In this document: in pieces, positions 1 through 11,340 of the stretch
How the letters are laid out: each line of letters begins with the position of its first letter
How positions within the stretch are numbered: the first letter of the stretch is position 1
Position numbers and translations under genes: made by a program
Notes under the pieces: model-generated
What the model was told of the DNA's origin: nothing
The model's database searches: none
What the model saw: only the letters and a program-made list of their open reading frames with translations
NCBI GenBank assembly: GCA_000320545.1
Contig: ADNK01002633.1
Coordinates: 1 to 64,000 of the forward strand
From: Bigelowiella natans CCMP2755
Taxonomy: Eukaryota; Protista; Cercozoa
DNA length: 64,000 nucleotides
Reading direction: 5' to 3'

Positions 1-96
1 TCGAATCCCATCATCATGTGCCAATGATGAGATCGTGATGTTTCACAAAAAAAAATTGTGGAGACGAGGCAACATTAACACTGGCCTACACGCACA

Positions 97-161
<65 letters not shown>

Positions 162-561
162 ACACGCATAGAGTCGCGCACAAACACGCGCAACACTCAT
201 CAGCCCTGCCGTCAGCGAATCAAAAAGGGCAAAACTTGTCGCGGTATATGATTCATTTCGTCTGCTGGAAATGACCTCCATCTCCGGTCATATCATCGAT
301 AGGATCCCACGTGTGCAGCGTGAGCTCGTATTCTAAAAGGAACAAATAGCAAACCACAAAAGCAGTCATCGCCGATGCGTGATACAGCTGCACCGATTTA
401 CAAATCGCGCATTTTTTATTTATTACAATGATTCATGAGTGCGCCACACAACACATCTGCGTAAATTCACCTATCGTCTCGGGGGGGGTTGAGGCCGTTG
501 GGGGAGATCCTGAAATCATGGTTTTTGTGAGATGCTTACCTCCTATCAATCGTTTCGCTGT

Positions 562-601
<40 letters not shown>

Positions 602-1050
602 CTCTCTCGCTCTCTCTCAACCACTCTCGCCCCCTCCCTACGCTCTACAACTACACAAACTAAGGCAACCGAACGAAAAGAAACAACGCACGCAGGTGGA
701 TCACAAACAATTCCACACTTGAAAATCGGGAATTCCTCACCTCCTAAAAACCACATATATCGACGATATGACTACTGCTACTACTACTTCTACTACTACT
801 ACCAATGCCGTTATCTGCAGCTGCATACTGAGGCGTGACTGTCAGCAAACACTGGCAGAGTGTAGTTTATTATACCAAGGAAATATACGCAACCAAAAAT
901 CAATCAATTACTCTCTTAACTTTATTCAGAAGAGTATAAAAGAAAAGCAGTTATCTTAAGAACCACGGCCAAAACGAAGCAAAATCGGGTAATTGAAAGC
1001 GTTATATTATATAGTAATACAAACTATAAAATATGCGGTTTATATCAATA

Positions 1051-1094
<44 letters not shown>

Positions 1095-1300
1095 ATATGC
1101 CATTCAAATTTCCAACCTTTTCCTTTTTCTTCATCTTGAGCAGAGCTCGTTTGAAGGCCTCGACCATCTTCGTCTTCCCCAGCGAAACCACTGGAAAAAA
1201 GGCAAATCGCGAGGAGATAGGACACCCCGTTTCAGAGAAAAGCTTTCTCTATCAGCTTGCAGAGCGGGGGGTTCAATCCACATGTTGCTTATTGATTTTA

Positions 1301-1333
<33 letters not shown>

Positions 1334-1507
1334 TATGTATTGATTATATCGCTCGAGGATGCAAGCTTAATGAAATGGTAGTCAAGTGACCCTGTTTCTC
1401 TGCAGAGGCGAACTCCTTCCCATCCACACGTCCCTTCCATGAAATCGTGATATCGTCGCCTACATGCAAACCAGTCAAGTATGTGTATCATAACATATAT
1501 ACAATAT

Positions 1508-1540
<33 letters not shown>

Positions 1541-1795
1541 TATTTATATTTATATATATAGTTTGAAATTGTGATTTTAGGGTTTGAGAGCTGTTTCCAG
1601 CATGCCACGGTGAGGCTTCTATACTATGCACTACGTCGGTTGTTCACCTTCTTTCGGGCTCTGCCATTTGTCACCTTTGAGCAAAATCTGTCGGTAGCAG
1701 CAGGAGAGTGAGTGGGGAACCGTAATGTAATTAGCTTATATTCATAAACATAAATGATATCATATTATATATATTGATACATAATAACATGTATA

Positions 1796-1831
<36 letters not shown>

Positions 1832-2234
1832 AAATGAAATGCATCATTTTTTAAAGAAAACAGCACCTTTTTCATGACTCCGGTGTCACCTGTGAGGTCG
1901 TCTCCCTGCACCCATTTTAGAAGCTCGATTTCGAAATGCAGCGTCGCCTTGAGGAGGGGGGTTAATAAGAAGACGAGAAATATGAGGAGGAGGAGGGATA
2001 TGAGGAGGGGGAGGAAAATGAGGAGGAGAGTGTGCGCATATGCAGTCGTTCGTTCGTGATGATGGAGAATCTATCACCTCTGGGGGGATTTTGGGAGGAG
2101 ATCCACGCGCACCGTAAGCGTATAGCGGAGGGCATGTGAGTTTGACTAAGAGAATCATCGCAAACACACAAATGAATTATGATGCTGTTGGATGCGTGAA
2201 CCGATGGTTTTCTCTTTCGTTCTCCCCCCATCCT

Positions 2235-2270
<36 letters not shown>

Positions 2271-2330
2271 TATATTAAGTAATATACATCTACAAATGAA
2301 AAAATATACATGTAAATTACATATAACATA

Positions 2331-2374
<44 letters not shown>

Positions 2375-3241
2375 TGTGTGTGTGTTATATTGGAAATCTT
2401 TAGTTTTGATCGAAAATAGAAGAGAAGAATGCCTTTGATTATGAAGCTTAAAACACAGATAACAATCTCTTAGGATTGAACCTACAAGCTAGCTATAAGT
2501 AACTGAACATGCTGCTGCAGTCAAATGCCGTCGTCGTAATAGCGTAGTAGTAGTAGTTGTTGTTGTTGTTCTTGTACCAATTTCGCCTTTCCTCATGGTC
2601 ATAATGCCTACATCCCATCCTTTTATCACCCTGATAAGATTAGGCGAGTGTGTGCGTGTGTGTGTGTGTATGTGTGTGTGTGTGTGTATGTTTTCCGACA
2701 AGATCGCGCCCCTTCTCCATTTTCATCATCACCACCACCACCAGCATCATCTTCATCGACGTCATCCTCACCATCATCATCATAATCATCATTATTATCA
2801 TCATCGTCGTCATCATCATCATCATCATCATCATCGTTTACGGCAAGTAGCCGTCGGCAGCACCTTCCTCGCCCAACAGGGAAACGAAACGCCTCATTTC
2901 TCTCACGAGAGGAGTCGAATATTGTCCCTATTACAATGCGAATTGAAAGAGAGAGGGAGAGAGGCGCGAGGAGGGGGGGGGGGGGTTGGAGGGGGCGAGA
3001 TTGAAAAAGTCCAGAATTAATTTGCTTCATTCTTTTAAATTTAAAATGAATCATGCATCGTTTAAGAGTATTATTACCATCGTCGAGCTTTCCTACATAA
3101 TGAGCGAAGACCTGTGTATACACAAAATTATAATATATATATAAATGTATATATATATATATATATATATATAATTATATTTATATTTTTTTATATTGTT
3201 ATTGTTATATATGCATATTGTATGTGTGTGTGTTTTGTATG

Positions 3242-3281
<40 letters not shown>

Positions 3282-4409
3282 CTACAATATGCGCTATCAC
3301 TATGTATATATAGAAGTCAATTACGATCTCTTCACAAAGCCGAAACTAATCTCACCGTATCCCCCCTCTTCGGCGTGCTCTCCCCCTCTCCGACCTATGA
3401 GAAATGTCACAACAAACACAACAAACGGCGAACGGCAAGTGAAACGCTACAAAAACTAGATGTCAGTAAGATTGACGACTAGAACAAAGACTAGACGAAG
3501 AGACGGCAGCGATCTATCAATCTGCAATAATGGTGGTTTGGGTGTTCAACAGCGCGCAAAAGAGCAATAACGGTGGTGATGGCGAGTAGTGCAAGATCCC
3601 TCGTTACACTGCATCCTTGAAATCAACGCCAACCTTGAAAATCTCCTTCTTCAAAGATCCGTCCTCAGAGAGCGAAACGACTTGCCCGGCCTTGTACTAC
3701 GCAATCAGCAAACCGACAAGATCAGCTCATTTGAGAGGCGATTCTATTCAGCCGTATGTTGGAGTGCATGCATTGGCCTTTATTTAGCACGCAATCGGCA
3801 ATGCGTTGTCAGATTACCCACCTCATCACTTGCCTCTTTCGCGCCGCCATCAGCAGCTTTCATATCAGCGTCCCCCCCTCCAGCTAGCCCGAGGGCGTTT
3901 GGCCCGCTAGCCCGTCTCGCGAGCGAGAAGACATCTCGCTTCGCGACATATTGCCTTCGGCCTTGCTCGAATCGAGGGTGTGGGAAGTGGCGGTGCCGTT
4001 GGTAGGAAGTAGAGGAATCGATGTTTCTATTGTCTTCTCCCAATAGCGAGCTGCGCAGGGACGGACGATGGTTGGGGCTTCTGGGGTTGCTCTTTGCATC
4101 CGGTGCTCCTCCGTTGAAGTCCACCATGTACAGCAGTGCCCCCGCCATGACAAGGAGGAAAGCGGGAAAATGGCCCGCCAGCCGTTGGGATCGCCTTGCA
4201 CGTCGTCCGATACGACGGGCGGTTGCTCCTGAAGCAATAATGAACGTAAGGTTTTCGGGCCTCGCGAGAGACTTCACTACATCGCTGCACTTTGGATATG
4301 GGAGAACCGTTATCATCACGTAGCAGAGGGCTGGTGTGCGTAGCCTCCTGCATCGTCCTCTCCTGTGTAGTCCTCCGGGGATGACAAAAGTCTGAGATGA
4401 GGTAACCAT
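1..4409 (-). CDS. Multi-domain FKBP-type peptidyl-prolyl isomerase (FKBP62/ROF1/FKBP52-like), multi-exon, 3' end outside the window
   Basis: Minus-strand GT-AG exons spell two FKBP domains. Domain 1: YKAGQVVSLSEDGSLKKEIFK (~3620-3680), VGEGESTPKRGDT (~3358-3395), VFAHYVGKLDDG (~3078-3112), GTIFDSSRERNEAFRFPVGRGR (~2863-2927), VIKGWDVGIMTMRKGEIG (~2577-2630), VKLTCPPLYAYGARGSPPKIPPE (~2078-2145), ATLHFEIELLKW..DLTGDTGVMKK (~1867-1947). Domain 2: ILLKGDKWQSPKEG, GDDITISWKGRVDGKEF, VSLGKTKMVEAFKRALLKMKKKEK, EYELTLHTWDPIDDMTGDGG (~275-330). The long N-terminal extension lies in ORF 3780-4409. Confidence 0.9.
97..168. repeat. Compound (CT)n-(CA)n intronic microsatellite, representative of dozens of (TA)n/(CA)n/(GA)n/(AGT)n/(CAT)n tracts
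   Basis: Directly visible. Similar tracts occur in most introns of the FKBP, ABCG, RGS-PPR and GT8-GH13 genes. Confidence 0.97.
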
Positions 4410-5518
4410 TATGGCACTTTGCGGCGCTTGTTACGAATCATATGAATGTGTTGATCAATCAGTTATGGAGAACATTAACGGATACAAATTTTGCCCGTCG
4501 GAATCACCCCCCTTCTCTGATAAGACGCTAACTAAGGTTGTGCGAAGATGGGGAGGACACGGACGCACGCACTTTCGGGTTGGGTCGGATTCTGGTCCCG
4601 TTGTAGGTGTTGTGGTCAATGTTGTTCATCTTAGACAAAATATAGTAGTTATTTAAGAAGTATTCTGAAATTATTTTGTTCATTTCATAATGACCAAACA
4701 GCGGTTTCCAGTATGATGAGGATAGTTTCTACTTATTGTATGTTAAATTTAGTTATATTTTGCATGATTTCCTTTCCTATTTAAATAAGATTAAATGTTG
4801 AATATGCTTAAGGAATTCATCGCACTTTTGATTCCTTATAGGTCTAATTTCATGTCGTTAATGTATTATAAACTAATATTTTAGTCTATATAAATAAAAC
4901 CATGTTTCTCATCAATCTTTTAGTGCTATCAAGCATATTTTCTCTTAACGTCAAAGCATATTTACAAAACCAAACTTAAGATACAGTTCTTGAAACAAAT
5001 TTTCAAGATCTTTTTGAGAGATCATCCCGCTAATATCGGGGGAAACTCGCCCTTTCTCAAGCCGCTATCGCATGAATAGCATTTGCAATTAAATCGGTCC
5101 AGATCGTAATACAGGAATGATTTATGCAGGAGTTTTTAATAAATTGTAAAGTTCTACCGGCATTGCTTCAAAATCGGACTTTCTTTTGTCGAACAAGAAC
5201 GTTCTGGAAAATTTAAATCCATATCAGAGGGCAAAGATTGCAAACGACTGATGATAAGCGTAGTCGTATTTAAAACATCTTTCAGCGGGCCACGCAAGAT
5301 TACAGCTGGAGATTTGACATCGGGCAAAGCAAAATGTTAGGCTTTTCTTCCAACAAGATCATGTCGTTAATTTTTAATACAATCTATTTTCTGAAGTCTG
5401 GCATCAAACACGGTGAGCAATCGCACTTATTATTATCATCATACACTTGGCAACTGGCGTCGTCAGAACTCAAAATCCTTCTAACCCGCACCTCGCCCCC
5501 ACGCACTCGAAACTCAGC

Positions 5519-7206
5519 ATGAGCTTAACCGAAGAAGGCGTATTCCATGGCTTGAGTCCTCTTCCGGTTACGAAGTATTGTCGGGGATTGAGTCTGTGTA
5601 GCGAGGTAGGGGGGGATGGCCAGAGAGCTTCTCAAATCCAACTTGAAACATGTGTGGGAGGTGCAAGTCCTTCTGAGCTTGCCCAGTCGGGGAGTGATTT
5701 GTCGAAGGAAACTATTAAATTTCTAGGCGGTATTGCATCTTAACAAAAAATCTGCATCACACCAGTTTCAATTTATGCAATATCGTTTCCCAAACGATGG
5801 AGAGCTGAGAGAAAACTTAGCTGGTTTGGTGTTTGACGGGAGGATTTTGTTCAATGAATGATGGTTTTTTGAGGATGTTAAATTTTTAGTTCTACCTTTT
5901 TACCTGCATCTTTAAACGATTTTCTCGCTTTATTGTAACTCTTGCATCATGGGGGGGGGACGGGGTTGGTTCGTTCGAAACAGGAGGGTCCGTTGTGAAT
6001 TCGGTCACCGCCTCTTACGGTCAGCTGCACTACCAGCAGCAGCTGTTATCTGCGTCGATGGATCATTCCCTCCCTTCACTGTCTCCATCCCAACTTCATC
6101 CTCTGCCAGGACAGCGACGGCTTGTGGAATCTTCCAAAAATGTGCGCCTATCGCCGTCACAGCATTCATCGCCACATCGGCATCAGCAAAGAGGACGATC
6201 AGAACCTCACGTTACGTCGATGAACCCTTCGATCCAACATTCTGAGCTCGCTGTGAAAAGTGAGGGAAACTGCATGCTACCACTCACGCCAGTTACTCCG
6301 TATACAACGAATTCTCTCTGGCTTCAGTCTCCCCCGCACCTCCTTCCAGGAGACGGAGACGAGGAAAAGCCTAAGAATCTAGCAGACAGAGATGGAATTG
6401 AGCTGATGCTACCATCATCCGGACAGTTTGGCACTATGCAAGGCCGAGTTGACCTACACAGACTCCAAACACAAATGAGAAACGACCGAGAGCGTGAGGA
6501 GCAGGGGATGTGCATGGGCGCCGATGTGGGGCCTCCTTGCAAATATGAGAATGACTCTCCCACTGCAAAGAAATCTGTTGATCACAGGAGGATTCCGGCG
6601 CACATTGAGTTTGGAGATGAGTGCGGTTCCTGCGCCAAGAAATGTCGATCCCAGAATCGTACCGGCAGTGGAAATGGCAGCAACAGCAGCGGGGTTAAGG
6701 ACTGTAAAGCCGCTCTCCATCCCTTCTTCGAAATCCAATGCGATGTCGATGAGGCAGGCAAAGAAATAAAAACTATTGAGAACAGAACCAAAAATGAGAA
6801 ACGAGAGAAGATGTGCTATAGAGCGTGCCGCTCCTGCTATCTTGGCAAGGTGAAATGCGTGACCTCGCATCCTGGAAAGGGTTGTGACAGGTGCCGTCGT
6901 TTGAATCGCCTGTGCGTCCCCAATTCTCATATTGAGACTGGCAGAAAAGAGAAGAGGAAGTTGCTTGCAGACGATTTGAACAAACACAAAGGAATACGCT
7001 GCAAGCGGACTGAAGGGTGCAAGAGGCCCTACAAGCATCCGGGGCATTGCCGCATGGGAGAGACCCGCAACGTTGTCAGAGCACGACGGCGAGAAGCAAA
7101 ATTAATGAAATTGAAAAGTAAAAAAGGTGAAGGTAATGATGGGGCGCAAACGAGAAAGAAGCGTCGCACTTACAGTTCTTCTGTTAATAAGAATCGCAAA
7201 GAGTGA
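5519..7206 (+). CDS. Zn(II)2Cys6 binuclear-cluster transcription factor with an extra C-terminal Cys/His motif; probable join(5519..5660,5984..7206)
   Basis: RACRSCYLGKVKCVTSHPGKGCDRCRRLNRLC (~6820-6915) fits C-x2-C-x6-C-x8-C-x2-C-x6-C. It is followed by CKRTEGCKRPYKHPGHC and a basic NLS-like tail. The upstream exon joins in phase 1 (GGA G|gt...cag|GA GGG). Confidence 0.85.
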
Positions 7207-7399
7207 CTTTGCGAACAGGAGGCTTAATGAGGGGCGAACTTATGTAATGGACGGTCCAGCGAGAGCACCCGTCACTTAATGTTGTGATGTAGTTTTGTGC
7301 ATAAAGTTATTACTTACTACCAATTCTTTGTTTGTTTTAATACAATGTCGATTCTCGTTGTTGTCGCGCGGCAGTAATGCAGTAAGACGGCATAGTGGC

Positions 7400-8510
7400 T
7401 GTCCGGCTATGTCTGTTGCAACCTATGGCCTTGAGAATCAACACAAATAATAAGCACATGTGCGAGGCAGCCCAACGCTATGCCAATCTTTCCATCAAGA
7501 GATCTGCGGATGGGGCCAGCTGCTCAAATCATACTCTAGAAATGTTATGGACATGCGCAATGTGACACGTTCGAGCAGATTGCACAACCAATTGCATGCT
7601 GCCGTGAATCGTATATGTAATCGAAACGGCTAAGACGAAACGACTAAACGAAGCTGAAAAAGAGGCATGCTAGCACGCTCTAGCGCTAGCACGGGCCGCT
7701 GCGCGCACCGCACGGCATCGATGCGGCAGCTAGACAAGGACACAGCTAGATAGGTGCTTTCAAATCTAGAAATGCATGCGTGAAGCACAGCAACGCAGAA
7801 AAATATTTGAATGGTTGGCAAATGCGATGCATTTTTTTAGGAATGGTCATCCCATGCAGTTAGCCGCATGCTAGCATGCGATGTCGATCAGGCAGCGGTC
7901 AAAGCGCTGTCAAATTGTGTTTCTACACATTGATGTGTTTGTTCAACGATACCTAGCTAGCTAGCAATCGTGTCGCTAGTGCGTGCATTTCCATGTGCTA
8001 GGCATGCTAGCATGCTAGCATGGTGCCTGATGACCTTGCACATGGATGCTGTGGCGCTGTGTCCAACAATGTGTGGCCGGCCACGCACGTGCAGCTAGAT
8101 GGCTAGACAGTCCCATGGCGAGCAGGCACATTGTGTGGCACACATCTCTAGATCGCTACGCGCATCGAGACGCGGCTGTACACATGCTAGCATGCATGCA
8201 TGACGTGCAGCAAAGGACGCAAGCCACAACTGCTAGCAAGTCCGACCCACAGCAGAGCCTGTGATCGATGGCGAGAGAGCTAACCAGTCAAACTGCGATG
8301 CAATTGTTGCAACGCACATGCACGATGTACAGCCATCGACTGCGATGCTGGCATATGTCCCATGCAGTGTCGCCTGTGTCAGTTGTGTGTGCATGAGAAC
8401 ATGAACCTTGCATGAGGCAAGCCCGGAAGCTCTACTAGTCTAGCCGCCCACTTCAATAATTTCATAATACCTTTTTGCGATGTGGGGCGCAGCAGCGCAC
8501 ATCTAGACAT
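7400..8510. mobile_element. Degenerate repeat island (TpA-depleted, CTAG/CATG/TGCA-rich), copy of the family at 18650-21180
   Basis: 8250-8500 (gagcctgtga..agtcaaactgc..cagccatcgact..ggcaagccc..tctagccgc..gcgatgtggg..gcgcagcagcgc) aligns colinearly with 20955-21175. No transposase motif is recognisable, so element class is unassigned. Confidence 0.65.
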
Positions 8511-8803
8511 CTAAAGCTTCAAATGTTGAGATGCTGGTGCATGGCGCTGGAGCGCTGGAGCACAGAACATAGATTTTTGGCACACAATAATCGTACATGT
8601 AAATATGGTTTACACAGTATGCATTTGTGTTTTTGAAGAGCTGTGGTAGAGCATCTCTCACTCTGCATTTAAACCCTTCTTCGCTAATAGTACACGTAAT
8701 TACTTCAAGATCGTATGAAGGATTCCTATTACCATTTGTTCTGATGTTCTCGATGTCCGTTGTTTCCCCACATAGTCTACTTCGTCGCAACTGTGGTCAC
8801 ACA

Positions 8804-8844
<41 letters not shown>

Positions 8845-8889
8845 ATGCACATTCACACATCAACTTGGCTGAGAGTTCCATAGAGTTTT

Positions 8890-10467
8890 TCACAACGGCA
8901 CACAGGCCGGTCTTGAAGGATGCAGGTGACACGATGTAGGGAGAACGAACGGAGGAGGAGGGACTACGCCATTGGGATCGAAAGCTGTAGGCGACCATGT
9001 AGCCCCGGAGACTTGTTCTAATTTAATAATCCTCCTAGCATACATGTCATTGTAGTACACTACTGGGTTTGATTGCGACGATGCTACTTTGTCGTATCTA
9101 ATAGATTCTGGCCGGCTCAGCTTAAGCTTATCTCCTTTAATGTTCACCCACGCAGTCCCTCCAGTTTTCACTCCCCCGACAGCATATGTCGTTTTGCTAT
9201 TGATGTCAAGTGCACGGATTCTATCGTTGCCGTCGCTTCCGAAGTAAAGCAAATGGGCAGTGCTATCTGACTCATCAATATGGATAGACTTCGGCGTGTC
9301 TAACAGATTGGTGCCAAGCGCACCGTCGAGATTCCCTTGGACGCCTTGTGTTCCGCCAATAGTCGTAACTTGGCCGATATTTATGCTCACTTTGCGAATA
9401 AGGTGGTTCCCTTCATCCGTGAGATATAAGTTCCTGCCAGCCGAGTCAACCACTAACCTTGAAATCTGGCTAAACCTCGCAGTCAGAAGAGACCCATCGA
9501 CTGCTCCCGCAACAGAACGATCGCCTGCAAGTGTTGTGACCTCCTGAGTCGCCCAATTTATCTTCCGAACCCTGATCGCATGCATGTGTGAAATCTTAAG
9601 CCTTCGTTAAGACATAAATATATGAGCATTGAATAAAAACCTGCGCCCTTGGTAGGCTTCAGCCGCGTAAATAATTATAAGGCCGCCAGAACCATAGACG
9701 GAGATGTCATTTATCTTTTTGAATCCTGCTGTAGCACAGGACCCGTCTGCGTGTCCATACCCCCCACAGCTTGTTACTTGATTATTAGCCACGTCGACCT
9801 ATATGAAATGCAGTATGAGGCCCGTGACGAGCGTAGCTTGTGACGTGGCACGTGCAATGATGTATCTGAGTCATCGAAGAAAGAATTCGAGGTTAATTTT
9901 TTTCAATTTTGTTGGTGGTGATGCTCTAACCGACCTTCCTGAGAGCGTGTGACTCCCGGTCTGCTACCCAAAGTGTTGGCGGCGAAGTAGATTCGTCAAT
10001 GTCAATTCCTTGCGGAAAATTAAACTTGGCAGTACTGAGAGCCCCATCTACTCGTCCAAGAACACCTAACTGACCCGCAATGGTAGTGTACTGATTGGGC
10101 GCCTGCCATTTTTTTATTCGGTGACCCCATTCTGTATAGTAGAAGGCTTGGACACCTCCCTGATGACTGATGACAAATTGGTTTATCGGGTTATTGGGTG
10201 GATTCTCCGACGTGAGAGCCTGATTTTATTAATTCAGAGTTTATGTTTAGTGATGCATTGGATGATTACCCCCATTTTGCTTAATGATAAAAGTCGATTG
10301 AAGGTTAATATCATTCTCAGTGTTCTTTCTCGTCATCAGCCATTAATTTCAACATCGCTTACCACGGTCGCCTAGGAATCATGGATTGTCATGATCTTCT
10401 TCCCGGCCACAGAGACAAAAGTCATGGGGAGAACGAAGAGGAGGCCACGCACCACCGACATCGCCAT
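8890..10467 (-). CDS. Secreted NHL-repeat (beta-propeller) protein
   Basis: Signal-peptide-like start MAMSVVRGLLFVLPMTF at 10467. NHL repeats: TTIAGQLGVLGRVDGALSTAKFNFPQGIDID..LWVADRESHALRK (~9935-10090), VTTLAGD..AGAVDGSLLTARF..LYLTDEGNHLIRKV, VTTIGGTQGVQGNLDG..LYFGSDGNDRIR. A canonical intron lies at 9572-9640. The 3' end could extend beyond 8890. Confidence 0.85.
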
Positions 10468-10710
10468 TGGTGGCCAGCGTGGGGATGGGGGATGGGGGAT
10501 GGGGGATGTGAGCACGCCCTTTCGAATTTGGAGTAATGCCGTTGCCTTATTTTCATTGCTGCGACAATAATTTCACGACGAACTGACGAAAATACGCGCG
10601 TAAATCTATCGGCGTTTCTTTCTGTTGTAGATCTAAGATACATTTCCGATTTCCTTCGTAGATCTAGATCGATCTAGATGCATTATTAGATCTAGATCTA
10701 TTCGTAATTA

Positions 10711-10957
10711 GGTAATTTGTTCAATAATTTGGATACAATCGTGGCTCCCATGAAAAATAGGGCTCTATTTTCACCAGAGAGCTAGATCCAGTCTATTTCT
10801 TAAATTCTCGCCTGCTGCTGCTGGGCCATACGTACTCGTACTCGTACCGGTAATACTCGGATCGCTTTTAATGAAATGAAGGGCTCCTCTCTGGTGAAAA
10901 TAGTGCCCTATTTTTTATGGGAGCCACGATTGTATCCAAATTATTGAACAAATTACC
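10711..10957. mobile_element. Fold-back/MITE-like element: 71-bp inverted repeats (10711-10781 and 10887-10957) around a 105-bp spacer
   Basis: The left arm ggtaatttgttcaataatttggatacaatcgtggctcccatgaaaaatagggctctattttcaccagagag is the reverse complement of the right arm except for 2 mismatches. No clear target-site duplication. Confidence 0.75.
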
Positions 10958-11340
10958 CACCGGTAAACGAATAGATAGAAAAAAACGACTCGGATCATCG
11001 ACTATAGTTCTTAATATGGTGCGACAATGGAGAGCTCGGAGGCCTCCCCAAACATCTCCATTGAATCTCAAAGTTGATTCCCCGCAAAAATACCGGCTCT
11101 TAATAATCTCCGTAGAAACTCCCAAAATATCGAGATGCTCTGGACAGCAATTTGAGATTGTACTTCGGATGTTTATCTTTCTTTCTTCACCATGCGCAGC
11201 TGAGCCCCCCCCTGAAATGTTACACGATAAGCGGGCCCCATAGCAGAGTTTTGGGGTTCAATGACGGACCGGGAAGCCAAGGATACCGGTGTTAGATACT
11301 CGAAGTTTGGTAACCACAATTTTGGTATTTGTACCACACC

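Noticed and set aside
2595-3482. Poly-His, poly-Met and VC/HT/IY-repeat ORFs, here and throughout the window
   Set aside because: Translations of intronic microsatellites.
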